From assembly GCA_964035545.1 (NCBI GenBank), contig OZ037766.1:16296722-16360721 (forward strand): a stretch of 64,000 nucleotides of DNA, given 5' to 3'. This document shows positions 1-12,806 of the stretch, piece after piece. The notes below the pieces were generated by a model, which searched no databases, was not told the origin of the DNA, and saw only the letters and a list, made by a program, of their open reading frames with translations. The DNA comes from Bugula neritina (lineage: Eukaryota > Animalia > Bryozoa). Positions within the stretch are counted from its first letter, which is position 1. Each line of letters opens with the position of its first letter. The translations under genes were made by a program, and so were the position numbers.

Positions 1-1607
1 AAGCAGTACATACTGTGTTTCCATACATTATTCAATCTCTTTTGCAAGAAAAAGAGTAGGCCGCAATATTTTATCAATTAAAACTTTAAAGAAAACACCA
101 AATATTAGACATAAGCTAGCTTTGAGATAACATTCCAACCAAAGCTGTTTATATACCACTTTTCATAATTTTTGTTTTTGTTTTTGTGTTTTTATATATT
201 TTTCTTAAAGAAAAACATGGTTTAAAAATAGTTTTCTTACCTAGAAAACACAGCGCAACTTTCTAAAACAAGATGATGTTTGTTTAAAAAAACATTCAAA
301 CTTAAATTGAGTTAATAATAAACATTTTCTAGTTTACTTTTCAGACAATCTTGCTTGAAAATTTTTTTTCCCATCAAAGCTGAATACTAAACTTATTAAC
401 TAATTAACTTGTCTTGTAAATTTTCACAAGCTTATAGCAACTAATTCAGCTCTAGACCTCAATGGCAACTATAGGTTTAGAGATGCATTTAGATATTGTG
501 ATACTGCATTGCAACATTGCAACCTTATAACCTTTAGCAAATATGACTGCTAGCTTAAAACTAACAAGTGCTTCATTTACGACTACATAATAGTCTTTGA
601 TCAACCTAGACTATAATACAATCAAAACATATATATTATTTTATGTAGGTAAGCAGTTACAGTGTTGAAAACGAATCTGTCCATATTTGATATTTTGTTA
701 CTTTATATTACATTGTATTATCATGATATACATGTAATACACTATTGCACATGCATATTCCACATGTTGCTATATATGATTTGCCACGAGAAACAGGTAT
801 GGGAAATTAAAGAGTGCCGTTGACAAGGTTTCCACCAAGTCCAGAAAAAGTTAAAACTTCAACCCAGGCTATAAAAAGTAAATTATTAGCTTTTTATGAA
901 TTACATCGAGGCAAGTTTTCAGAGTAGAAATTGAGTATGCTTTACGTTAGTACACTATTTTTATACCACAATTAACTAAGGCAATACTACCACCATGATA
1001 CACCTACGTCTATACAATTAGGCACAAATTAACCACCTGCATTATGCAATAGATATAGTCAGTAGTTATATATTTGTGCAATAAAACAACTGTTATGCAT
1101 TTCATTCCATCTTGCAATACTAAGTTCTGTGCTCACTAATTATGCGTACAGAACATTTAGGTATATACACAGTGTACATCGCATCATTAGGCTGACGCAG
1201 GTGCCCTTTACAGGCTCTTGCATTCTACATGTTTATAGTAAGCAGTTCAGAGTACTAGATTTTTATGGCTGACTGTAGAGTTAATTATGAAGAGTGACCT
1301 TTGTGTTGTTTATACTTACCTTTTAATGTATATCCATACATGTATTAGCTCTTGCTTAAGAATTCTATAAAACCAGACATCTAAAGAAAGAAGCTGGAAA
1401 CTGGCTTTATAAGTAGAAACATAACGAAACTTCTGCTATAATATGTAACTCACTTTTTATTGAGAGGCCCAAAATATGCAGAGTTCAAGTAGCTTTAACT
1501 GTAAATGCAAAATATAGCATTTTGGGCACTTTCTTTTTAAAAAGTCAAATTGCCCATTTTTTAAAGGAAGCATACCTACAATTAGACTAGCAGATGCTTT
1601 TTCTTTA

Positions 1608-1954
1608 AAGCCTAGGGCCACACGGTGCGTATTTTCGCATGCGAAAATTGAAACCACAAGTAGCAAAGGCATCCACTGTAGCGTCAGTGATGCGTGATAA
1701 ATAAAGCTTTCATTTTTAAATCGCACTCGCTTTCAATAAAACGCAATTTACTGGAATTTAGCACTAAAATAAAGAAATTGGGCTCGCTTAATAATACCAG
1801 CCAATTAGGTGACGACGACAGAGACGATTCGCACTTGCGTTGAAAATGCAGAGCGACAAGTGCGAATGTTTTCTCAACGCGCACAGTGGACACCTTTGCT
1901 ACTTGTGATTTCAATTTTCGCATGCGAAAATACGCACAATGTGGCCCTAGGCTT
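1608..1954. mobile_element. Non-autonomous DNA transposon (MITE), PIF/Harbinger-like
   Basis: About 72-bp imperfect terminal inverted repeats (1608-1679 AAGCCTAGGGCCACAC... vs 1883-1954 ...GTGGCCCTAGGCTT), flanked by TTA on both sides (1605-1607, 1955-1957), the TWA target duplication of Harbinger/Tourist elements. No coding capacity. Confidence 0.8.
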
Positions 1955-3550
1955 TTAACCGATCCTTAAAGTTAGATTTTCCTATAAACTTATAGATAGC
2001 ACTGTTCACATGTGTTCCACAATTTTTCTCTTTTTCTTCCAGCATATTTGCATCCTATAAACTATTATGTAGTTTGAGCATAAAACTATACTATTACTCA
2101 CATGTACGGGATCATTAAAATGATATTCTATTATTAAAGTTCCAATTCCAGATTGGGCAATGTTGCACAGTCCTACAATTTTATGGGTTTCTTATCATCC
2201 ATTATAAAATGCAGATTAAGCCATTCTCCAATCATTTATAAAATAATTTTAGAAGTTTTTCTCAATAACTAGCTATAGTTATGAATATTTTATTTAAAGC
2301 TGTATAATTTATGTAGACCCTAACTTATGACCAATTGCTTACACTAATATTAGCCATGTGACAGATTTTAAAATGTTCTATCATCTAGACAACTTTGTGC
2401 TATTATTTGAAAACTATAAACTTATTAGTTTAATCAGCACAGCATTTGGAATACCGTGGAGATATAGTCTACAATTAGGAAAAGCATAAATTGTCCGAAA
2501 AATTTTAGAATTATCATATAACCTTATAAATGATACATGGCATTTTATGCTACCACATCATGAAGTTTTTACTTTTAATGCTCATAACTTTGTATTAGAT
2601 AGGCTTAGTAATATTAGCTAGTTTGTTCTCTAACAATACAGAGCCAGGAGGTCTTATCAAGTTATTTCTTATTATCAATCTATACATTGGTATCTTCTTT
2701 TTTACACAATACATACACATATTTTCAGTTTTTCATGAGTACCATCTTTGAACACTAGTTTTTTTTCAATGTACACCAAAATTGACTTGAGTCTTGAAGA
2801 TTGTATAATTGCAGTTAAAGTTGTGGAGCAGATTGTAATGAGGAAAATGTGTAACCAAATCTATCACATGTTTTGTTGCTGCAGTGTATAAATGTATAGG
2901 TAGATGTAACTTTGATACTAACATCAACAGTAGTTAGTGATTCTTTCTAAAGTATTTTACCTAAGTTTATCCAGTTATGGATTGTTAGACATGCAGTTTT
3001 AGCAATTAGATCAGAAAGGCAAATATTGGTTCAACTTTCAGCCCAATAAAACATAATAAAACAAGCACACGCATGGAAATGTATTAAATATCACAAAGTA
3101 TATAGATATAATGGCCGATGGTTGGTGGGCTGACCCAGGGCTCTGCCAGTCAGAGCTGCTTTGGCTGATGCTGCTAATAACGTTGTTGAGCTGGCTATTG
3201 TTTATATTCATACAAAGTATTGATAATGAAAGAAAGATTTTTATAATAGGTGTATACAAGGCTATACAATAGAAGGGTGAAAGGCTTAATAAAGCAGCAG
3301 TAAATGTATATCAACAGTTAAACATAATCTCATATGCATGCTTGTTCATATAGCACATTATTACAATTACTTATCGCTGAGCAGTTATTAAGACCAGTAG
3401 CAAATCGGCCAGTGTCTGTTTTAAGTGGAGTGTGTTCATTTAGTGTTTGCTGTTAAGATAGTTAAGCTTGGCGTGTAGTGAGCTTTTACCTTCTACCCTT
3501 TCTTCCACTACTGTGTGTGATCACGTTTTGCTATAAGTATAGACTTTGTA

Positions 3551-6500
3551 ATGGCTGGAATTACTCATAAAGACACAACTTTTACTAAGCTTTTTGTTGG
3601 CGGTTTGCCGTACCACACCACTGATGACACCCTCAAAGCACATTTTGATAAATATGGTGAGATTGAAGAAGCTGTAGTTATCACAGACAGAGTGACGAAT
3701 AAAAGTAAAGGCTATGGTTTCGTAAGTATATTAGTTATATTTTTCAACAAAAATAACTATTGAAAGATTTTTTTTGGTTTTTAGTATGAATTTTTAAAAT
3801 TCCAATAACTCATTCATACTAAACATAAAATTAAAAAAATGTGTAAAAGTGCATATCATTAAAATATTGAAAAACTATTGGTCATACAAACAAAATTATT
3901 TTCTCAGTTATTTTTTGACAATTTGTTATTTTATATTTCATTGACTTATATGTTTTTTTGCAAAAGTACTGTTTAAATTTTAAACCATTTAATTTTTTTT
4001 TAAATTTACATGCAAGTGTTTTCACTATGTGTCTATGAGAACCGCGATTCTATTTACCGCTGTTGGTATACATGTAACCTCATGCCAGCACATTTACTCT
4101 TAGGTTACCATGGCAGATGCTGAAAGTGCAAAGCTAGCTATTGCAGACCCCAACCCAGTAATAGATGGTAGAAAAGCGAATGTAAACTTAGCTTATCTTG
4201 GTGCTAAACCCCGAGGAGTACAGGGTATTCACTAATATATTATTTTTACAAATTGAATATTGTTTAAATGTTATAAATACTTGAAAGCATTTCTGGTTGT
4301 TCATAGCACTTTAGAATCAAGAACACAATTTCATTTCTTCTCTAGCTACAGTTGCTTGTTTTGAATAAATTGAACAAATAATTGCGTGGCTGAGTTAGTC
4401 AATAACTAGTAATAGGCTGCAATATTTAAAATCACATGAACAGCAAATAGTTTACACCTGAACTCATTAACAGACCAGAGCTGCAATTTACAATAGTAAA
4501 CCTAGAAGCAAGCATACACTGTGTTAGCATAGCTACAAACCATATTCCTGTACATTATCCATATTTATTACTAGGTTATATTAGCTTAGCATACAAGACT
4601 TAGCTAGCGTCAAGTGCTAAATAAATATCCACTGTGTTGACTTGTACAGTATATACACTAGCAACTATTACGGAAAAGATATGGCTAACATTAATCTATT
4701 CTTAATAATTTCAATATTTAACCGTTTAAATGTTTCATAATTGCAGTTATTTCATGGTTTGACATGGCTTTATTTTTAAAATTATCACCATGTTGAATCA
4801 ATACCTGTTGACATTAGGTATTATTAACTATGTTACATTGATTGGTAAATAACTTTATCTATGCAAAACCTGATGCTTGATTGATAAGGTGACTGCTACC
4901 AACTCAAACATTAAAATTTAAACATTAAAACATAAAAGAATAATCAAAAATTCTTATTGATCCCAAGCAAACCTTAATGCTTTCTATATTGACCCATGAG
5001 TCTTGCCACTAGAATATACATTAACAATTAGAATCAAATGCCCCAATAAATAGCAACACTAACCTCTACAGAACTTAAACCTGCTACTACATAGCATAAC
5101 CAGCCAATGTTTAAGATTAAGACAGTCTTTGTAAATGTACTTTCAATCATTCTTGCTGTCAACTAACAGTGCACCATTCTAGTGACAGCAGTTCTTTAAA
5201 CACCTTTAGCACTTGACACAGGTTTTAGATCCGTATGTGTAACTTCCAAATTATAGTTTGACCCTACAACTAGAGTGATACATCATTAATAATTTATAGC
5301 ACAACAATTTGTTGACATTGTAGCAGCAAGATTGCACCCAAGTGCTTTCAGATTTAGTTCCCAAAAAGTATTGAGGCTTGATTTTTGAAGCACTTGGTTA
5401 ATATATTCAATTACTTTTAGTTGGCTCACTATAGTTAAACTGCTTTTAAAAGTTAAAAAGTTTGAGAAACTTATTAATGTTATTAACTTTTTTTAAACTT
5501 ATTATTCTTACAAACAAATGTTAAACTTTTAAGTGATGCATTTCAGTAGCCTGTTAGCATTTGATTTGAAAAATCTCTACACCTGTAATTGTGTTATCTA
5601 TTTTAGCACTGAACCCTGCTGCATTTTTAAAACCTGGTTTGATAGCTCCTCAACTTGGGTAAGTTTCCTTTCGGCTAGAACATATTCTTTTATTGTTTGA
5701 AAGTTGGTGATATTTGAAAGCCTTTACTGGTAGAAAAGAAAGGCTCTTTAAACATATACCTGTATTTAGTTTTTATGAGGTATAATAGCAACGTAAGCTA
5801 CTAGCAGTGTAGAAGGCAAAGCGTCGCTTGTTTTACAAATAGAAATGGCTGAAAGTAAATCCAACAACTAACACTTGTTTGTAAAGTCAACAATGCCGTT
5901 TTATACTCAATTATATCAATAACAAAAAATGTATAGACAAGAATGCCATATTAATAACGGAGCAAATTATTCACACAACAGACTTTAAACAATTATTGCT
6001 CTTATGATTTCAAAAGATTGTTGTATTTTATGCATAGATGAAACTCACTTCAGCAATAACTGGTATTGTGAGTGAGCGATCGAGTATCGGGCTCCTTCAA
6101 ATTGTGAGCCTTGGCCAGGCAGGAAAATGATACACAACCACCGCCAAATATAATACAGTAAATAGGTAGACGTGGTTCTTGCAGTTTTGTTGGTTTGCTT
6201 CTTGCAGTGGATAGTTGCTTTTTTGATTGATGCCAGTGTTTCCAATATTTTTGTCTCTCTTTTCTGTCTTATTGAACCATCACATGATGTGTTGTACTCT
6301 TTGAAACGTCACCTTTGCAGTAAATTTAAAACAGTTCAGTTCCACATACTAACCTGTTTTCTTGCTGTCAACTAACAGTGCACCATTCTAGTGACAGCAG
6401 TTCTTTAAACACCTTTAGCACTTGACACAGGTTTCAGATTCGTATGTGTAACTTTCAAATTATAGTTTGACCCTACAACTAGAGTGATACATCATTAATA

Positions 6501-8427
6501 ATTTATAGCACAACAATTTGTTGACATTGTGGCAGCAAGACCTTCTAAAGTTAGGCTGACACAAACTTATAAATCACAAAACAAGTTTTGGAATTGCAAT
6601 TGTTGTGAACTCACTAATTATTTAATTACAAGAGTTGTTAGTGTTTTGATATGCATGGCACTGTGATTGGTGTAATAAGTTTGGGTGACGTACTATATAA
6701 AATCGTAAGTCTGGCCGTGTACTGCATTTGTTGTGAAGGTGAACAGAGTGACTAGTTTTGTAATTGTTCCACATTCATGCTATTTAATTGATCAACTATC
6801 AAGCAGTTTGTTTAATTTTGTTACATCACAAAGAGCACTTAGCTATTGTCCAGGTACACACCAATTTATTATAAAAATTAAATAGTTCTTGTGTGAAATG
6901 AAATCTATATGTATGACTATTTTGTTTAGTATTATTATGTTTTTGGGGATCAGGTGTAGCTATTATATTAAACTACTTTCTACATAGATAGTTAGGCTGA
7001 AGTAATTTGCCCACCTAGAAGTCAAATAATTGTTGGTGTTTCAGGTTCCACACATTTTATGTAACCAATATATGGTATTAATTCAAATTTCACTGTCTTA
7101 CCATTTTCCATAACATCTTGTATTAGATTTAGTTGATGTTGATTTGTATTTGGAGAAACCTAACTAATTTCTCTGGTGAGAAGGTAGCATATCAACGAAA
7201 TTTGTTTCATTAATGATGATTAGCCTTGCCAGCTAGTTGAACCCGTTTTCAATTCGCAATTTATAATCACCTACTACTAGAAGTTTAGTAGCTATACCTT
7301 TTCTATATAGTTGTGCTTTGTGACCTTATTCTTTATAGCAACACACTGAACTACATAATAACACATACAGCCATATTCTCATCATAATTAGGCAGCAGTT
7401 AAACGCGGTTTACTGTAGAGAAACCTTTCATTAACGCAGGTACAGGATTATTAGCAGCTAGCCTCAGTAAGAGATGTGAAGTGTACAACATCCTAATTAG
7501 CAAAAACAGCAATAATTAGTTAATACATTTTAAATGGGATTCACATGGAGAAGGTGAAAGCCAACCACCAGTTCTTACTTAAACAAAAATCTTATGCCAT
7601 GCTTACAGTATTCACTTAAATAATTAGCTAAGTGAAGCATACCATTACAATTATTTAGGGCTGTCTTGCAAATTTATCATTACCTGCTTAATTGTTTGTT
7701 GAAAAATGTTATGGTTTTATCCGCCAGGCTATCACCCTTTCTGCTGCCAGCAGCGCTCGGAGGTGGAATGCAGCTGCCACAAGCTCAGCAGTTTTTACTG
7801 CAACAACAATCTCAAATTAGCCCCACAACTGCTGCTACTACACCCAGCCAGTATCCAGCATTTGTAGACTACAATTCTCTTCTCCAGCCTCCCGCAGGCA
7901 AGTATATGCTATATTCAGGTCTACTCTCAGTTCATCTTCAACATCTATAAATAATATCAATTTTAGTTTATGAGATATTGCCAAGTTTTTCAAACTAATT
8001 TAAAGTTTGGACTAGTTGAAATTAACATAAAAAGTATAAAGCTAAATCCAGGAACTAACGAGCATATTATGCAATAGCATTCAATCTCTAGTATTATTAT
8101 TAACTATTAACAACTAATGTTAACTACGTGTTAATCAACAGCTCTTCAGTGTTTTAGTTTACCTCCTTCTTTACTGCACTGAAATGTGCTATGAGAGCCA
8201 ACTAGTAGGTGTATATCAGTGAATCTGTGTTTTATTTTCTCTCTTTATTCTCGTTTCCAGGCATGGCATCAGCTGAGTATTTTGCAACTCCTTCAGCACT
8301 GGCTGGAACATATCCAACGCTGCCACCCAACCTCGGCATGTCTTTCCCACAAAACTTAACTGCTGCCAGTTTGGCTAATCTCCAGCTTCAGCAGCAGATC
8401 CAACAAGGAGACGGTAGACTTCAGTAA
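3551..8427 (+). CDS. RBM24: RNA-binding protein RBM24/RBM38 (SEB4/SUP-12 family): single N-terminal RRM plus Q/P/A-rich tail, about 226 aa
   Basis: Exons 3551-3721, 4104-4224, 5607-5658, 7728-7897 and 8261-8427 join in phase (681 nt). Family-diagnostic sequence [17 protein letters not shown]...EEAVVITDR...KSKGYGF|VTM...[23 protein letters not shown]; C-terminus ...DGRLQ*. Intron 4 has a GC donor. Invertebrates typically have one co-orthologue of RBM24 and RBM38. Confidence 0.93.
5151..5331. repeat. 181-bp dispersed repeat, copy 1 (RBM24 intron 2)
   Basis: Near-identical (4 substitutions seen) to 6360-6540. The ends are 8-bp inverted repeats TCTTGCTG...CAGCAAGA. Confidence 0.9.
6360..6540. 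repeat. 181-bp dispersed repeat, copy 2 (RBM24 intron 3)
   Basis: Direct-orientation copy of 5151-5331. Confidence 0.9.
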
Positions 8428-11400
8428 AGAAGACCCGCTCAATCATCATGGCCCCAAGGAATTTTTCAGTAATCAAAGAATCTCCTCCTAAATCTCTGTT
8501 CTTCTGACCTAGCAGAAAATACAAACACTACACCATTTGTATAACAATATCCTATGCCAAGTTTTCAATTACCTTTTCATCATTGATTATATACAAATAT
8601 GTCAGGATTACTGTAATTTATAAGTTACTTGGCCAATGCCAGACTGACTAAAATATTAACTAATTGTTATTTATTATGTTTAAATAAAATAGTTGTTATA
8701 TTTTTGTTAGTTCAATGAAATGGTTACACGGATTAACATGTACTGCGTAAAAGATTATATTTTATTTAACTACTAAGAATATTATTATTGTTATATCACT
8801 GTTTTTTTTCTCAGTTGACATTGCTAGGTAAATAATATAAACCACTATTACCATTTCTCAGAAGCTTTAAGTTATTACATTATATCAGTATATTATTTTT
8901 AAAACAAGTTCTAGGCTATTAACCTGTACTGTATACAACTGAAAGTGCTCAATATGTTTATGCTACATAACTAATATGTAAATGAGAAATAAGCCATGTC
9001 GTCTGCTACTTTATTAAAAAATCCATATACTATTTATATAACATATTAGCCGTGCTGAGCTATACCATTATCATTTTCAAGCTTTTAGAGAAATTGTTAT
9101 TCTATGAGAAATTTTGTATTAAGTTTTACAAATTGGCTTCATTTAGTTTATAAACATTATTATATTGTAATTTCTATTGCTATACAATTCATACAGTGGT
9201 TATCAACTTTATCCTGAATGTATGAATGATAATCTTATCAGCTATTACTGCTACTCTTAGTTGTTGCTAATGACCGGCTAAATGCACATAATGCAGCACA
9301 TTAGGTTTTATAAACCAAAGTTTCTAGAAAATATCTATTCATTCAAAACTATATGTAATTGACATGAATTCCTCTTTCTTGGTTATTTCTTGGTTATACT
9401 GAGGGTTGCAAGGTCAGCCATTGGTAAATACATAAGACTAAAATGGCATAGTCTGCGCACCTAGTACAATGCAGGTAAAATATGGAATGAATTACAAAGT
9501 GTATAGTATTGGGAAGCACTAGCTAAATTATTAACCGGCCTCGTATTCTTGTAGTATTACAAATATAACTCACATAAATATTATGATAAAAGTTTAATTG
9601 AGATTCAGATGGTTATTCTGAAGAATTGATCAGCACATAATCATATGCCTATGGTTTTTACTTTATACTAAGATCTAATGAATTATTCTATCCACTTTGT
9701 CCACAGGTTCTAAGTGCAACGTGCATGGAACCTGAATAAATCAAAGTTTCTAGACGTAAGGTGAAACATTATAGCAATTGGGATAAAAATAATAATTATA
9801 TCTTTAAATCAATCACCACCCATTATCCAAAACAGTATTTTTCAAGCACATTACATTTTCGATAAATTATATGCAAATTTTAGCTGAGTAGTAAAGAAAT
9901 GCATAAGGTAAGCTCCTAAAAATAAATTCATTATTTCTCTTTCAAGTATAATCATACATTGAAACTGAATAATGCCAGCAACTGTTGAAATGAAATCTAA
10001 ATGTACCAAATAAAGGCAGATATTGTTTTACAAGCCTAACTAAACATTACATTTCAACAAGGGTATCGGAATCGGCAAGATAAATCTGAGTTGCTACGCT
10101 CTAATCTATACAAGGCTCAATGGGTTTGAAATGAAACCTTTGGCAACTATTGATAGCGCTTTGTATAAGCTATCGACCATGGCCAATCAATAACCGGCTA
10201 TATGCAGTCTATGCTTAGTCTGCCAAGACAATACAATAAATTTTGATGCAGTACAAAGTTACGGCATCTCAGATTCGTTGATTCTGTTCTGTTCAGGTGC
10301 ACCACTATTGACTCTTGTTTTACAGTCTAATGCAAATACACCAAAGACTGGACAATGTGGATCAATGAACCACTCACTTAGTATTTGTTTTAGACTGACT
10401 TTAATTTCTCACAGCCATAATTGTTTTGTTTTCAGCCAAAATAATTGTTTTTAGGATTTGGACCGATCAAGGCTATTCAAGCAAAATCTAATGAATATTT
10501 ATACTGCAATCTCCTAATATAAGATTGAATAAGATTTTTCTGCAATGCAACAGCCTTTTACTAGTTCATAGTATGCAGTAGCAGCCAGATCAGCATGTAG
10601 TTCACCAAACAAGTACTAGTTCATGGCGAGAACACTGTGTAAATGAAACTTATTGCATAATAGTCTACATAATAATATGAAGGCTAATTTTTTGAGAGCT
10701 GGCATATAGACAGATCTACAAGCTATGCTAATAGTTTATATGCCAATAATGGGTTGCTTGATTTCTTAGGATATGCATGCCAAGCAGGCATACTAAATTT
10801 ATTAGCCTATCTCATATACCTGTAACTAACTTATCTCGAATATAGATATGAAAACATTGAACTTGGTTAAGATACCACCGTATTGTAAAGCTAATGTAGG
10901 TCTACTATAAGCCCTATATTAAAAAATTGCATGGCTAAGAAGTAAATTATAACACAATTAAAATATTATTGTGAAACCTTTCTTTAAATATTTATCCAAA
11001 ACTTTAAACAAAATTGATATAATTATACCCTCTATAAATGCAGAACTAAGCTGATACCTACATTTTGGGTAATTATAGAACATTTGTAGGAAATCAACGA
11101 TGTGGTTTTAATGAATTCATAGAATCTTTATACATAGCTTATTGTTTTGAAGACTGGAATTTGGTTTTGTCAAAATTCTAGTAGTAGTACCCCTTATTTC
11201 CTCCTTACACCAATCACCAATGATATCAGTCAACAGAATAGCCGCATGAGAAGTAAAACTGAGGCTAGATATTCAACAATAGCCCATATCCCATGTAACT
11301 CCGCAAGAGTCTTAATTGTGATGCCCATTTAAAACATTATTTTTGATGAGTTCTTTCAGCTAGATGATAACATTGCAAAGAGTGTATCATAATTGAAGTT

Positions 11401-12590
11401 AGATTGAAAGCATAAAGTCAGATTCTGTAAAAGCTGCAAAAGCTTCAGTATCCTAACCTTTATAACAAATATTGTTCTAGGATTAAATGCGATAAAAGTT
11501 TCGCTAAATGAACTGAGTAACTTTTGCTATTGTTGGTTTTATCTAAATATTACTCACAATTTTATGAATATTTAGTTTGATGTTTTCAGAGAAGAGAAAA
11601 TCGAGAAAAATGCTGCTACTCAGTTTTTTTTGGAACCCGCCCTCTTATCTTTCTCTCTTAATATAGAATGTTTTATGCATTCGAAATTTCCCAAATCTAT
11701 GTTATCAATTAAAGTTATACTTCTGGGAGTTCAAATTGGTGTAACTTGTAAACCACAGGACATTGAAGTGCATCATGTAGCAGAACTATATAATAAATAT
11801 TTATAAAACATAATATATATATATAATAAATATATATATAATTATTGTACAATTAGATGTTCATAAATTTTATATAAATTAATTAGTGCGAGTATTGATA
11901 TAACTTTCTTTAGCAACCTTTCGTCCTAAAATTATAGAATATACTAATAAAAGATTTATGTTGTTTAAAATGATTGAATTAGATAAGTTTTACAAGTTAT
12001 AAGATACAACCCTTAATTGTTCAAATAAATATTGTTATTTACTTTTAGCATATCAGTATTGAGTCTCCATACTCTTTGTCTTATTTAATATGATATGCAG
12101 CTATGGAAATAATTATGATCTCAAGACTTCATTATTTATTGTTTATTTTAAAAATAATATGCTTGGTTGTTAAGTGCAAATTAAAAGTTGAATATTTTAT
12201 GTACTTTGTCACTCAACCTATCAACCACTATTTAGTTGCCTTACACTCTGCATTTACATGAATATATGTTGACAACAATGGTGTGTTAGTAAAGTTTATC
12301 AGCTGAAACTCTGGAACAAAAGGTAAGACAACTCTGGCCATTGCCTTGTCTAAACTGCAGTTCGGTATAATCAAAACTGATATAAACAATTGAAAACATT
12401 TATTTCTTTAAAATTTCAAAAGAAGTCTTTAGGAGTTTCTAATTTGTCAAAATAATAACATTTGAACTTGTAAATATGAAAATCACACTATCTGTTATTA
12501 TGATTAACTTTCATCAAACAGCTTAAGTAAAACATACTCTCCAAACCATACTCAAAGAGTATTAAATTGAGTATATATACAATGAACAGA

Positions 12591-12591
<1 letters not shown>

Positions 12592-12678
<87 letters not shown>

Positions 12679-12806
12679 ATATGTATATATGTATATATGT
12701 ATATATGTATATATGTATATATGTATATATGTATATATGTATATATGTATATATGTATATATGTATATATGTATATATGTATATATGTATATATGTATAT
12801 ATATAC
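12592..12806. repeat. Compound microsatellite (TA)n followed by (ATATATGT)n
   Basis: Directly visible perfect dinucleotide run to about 12666, then an 8-bp-unit array to about 12800. Confidence 0.98.

Noticed and set aside
1457-1923. ORFs of 89 and 79 aa
   Set aside because: They overlap the MITE arms, have no recognisable domain and no splice support.
10050-10420. Higher-complexity stretch that might be a coding relic
   Set aside because: Only short broken frames with no motif I could identify.
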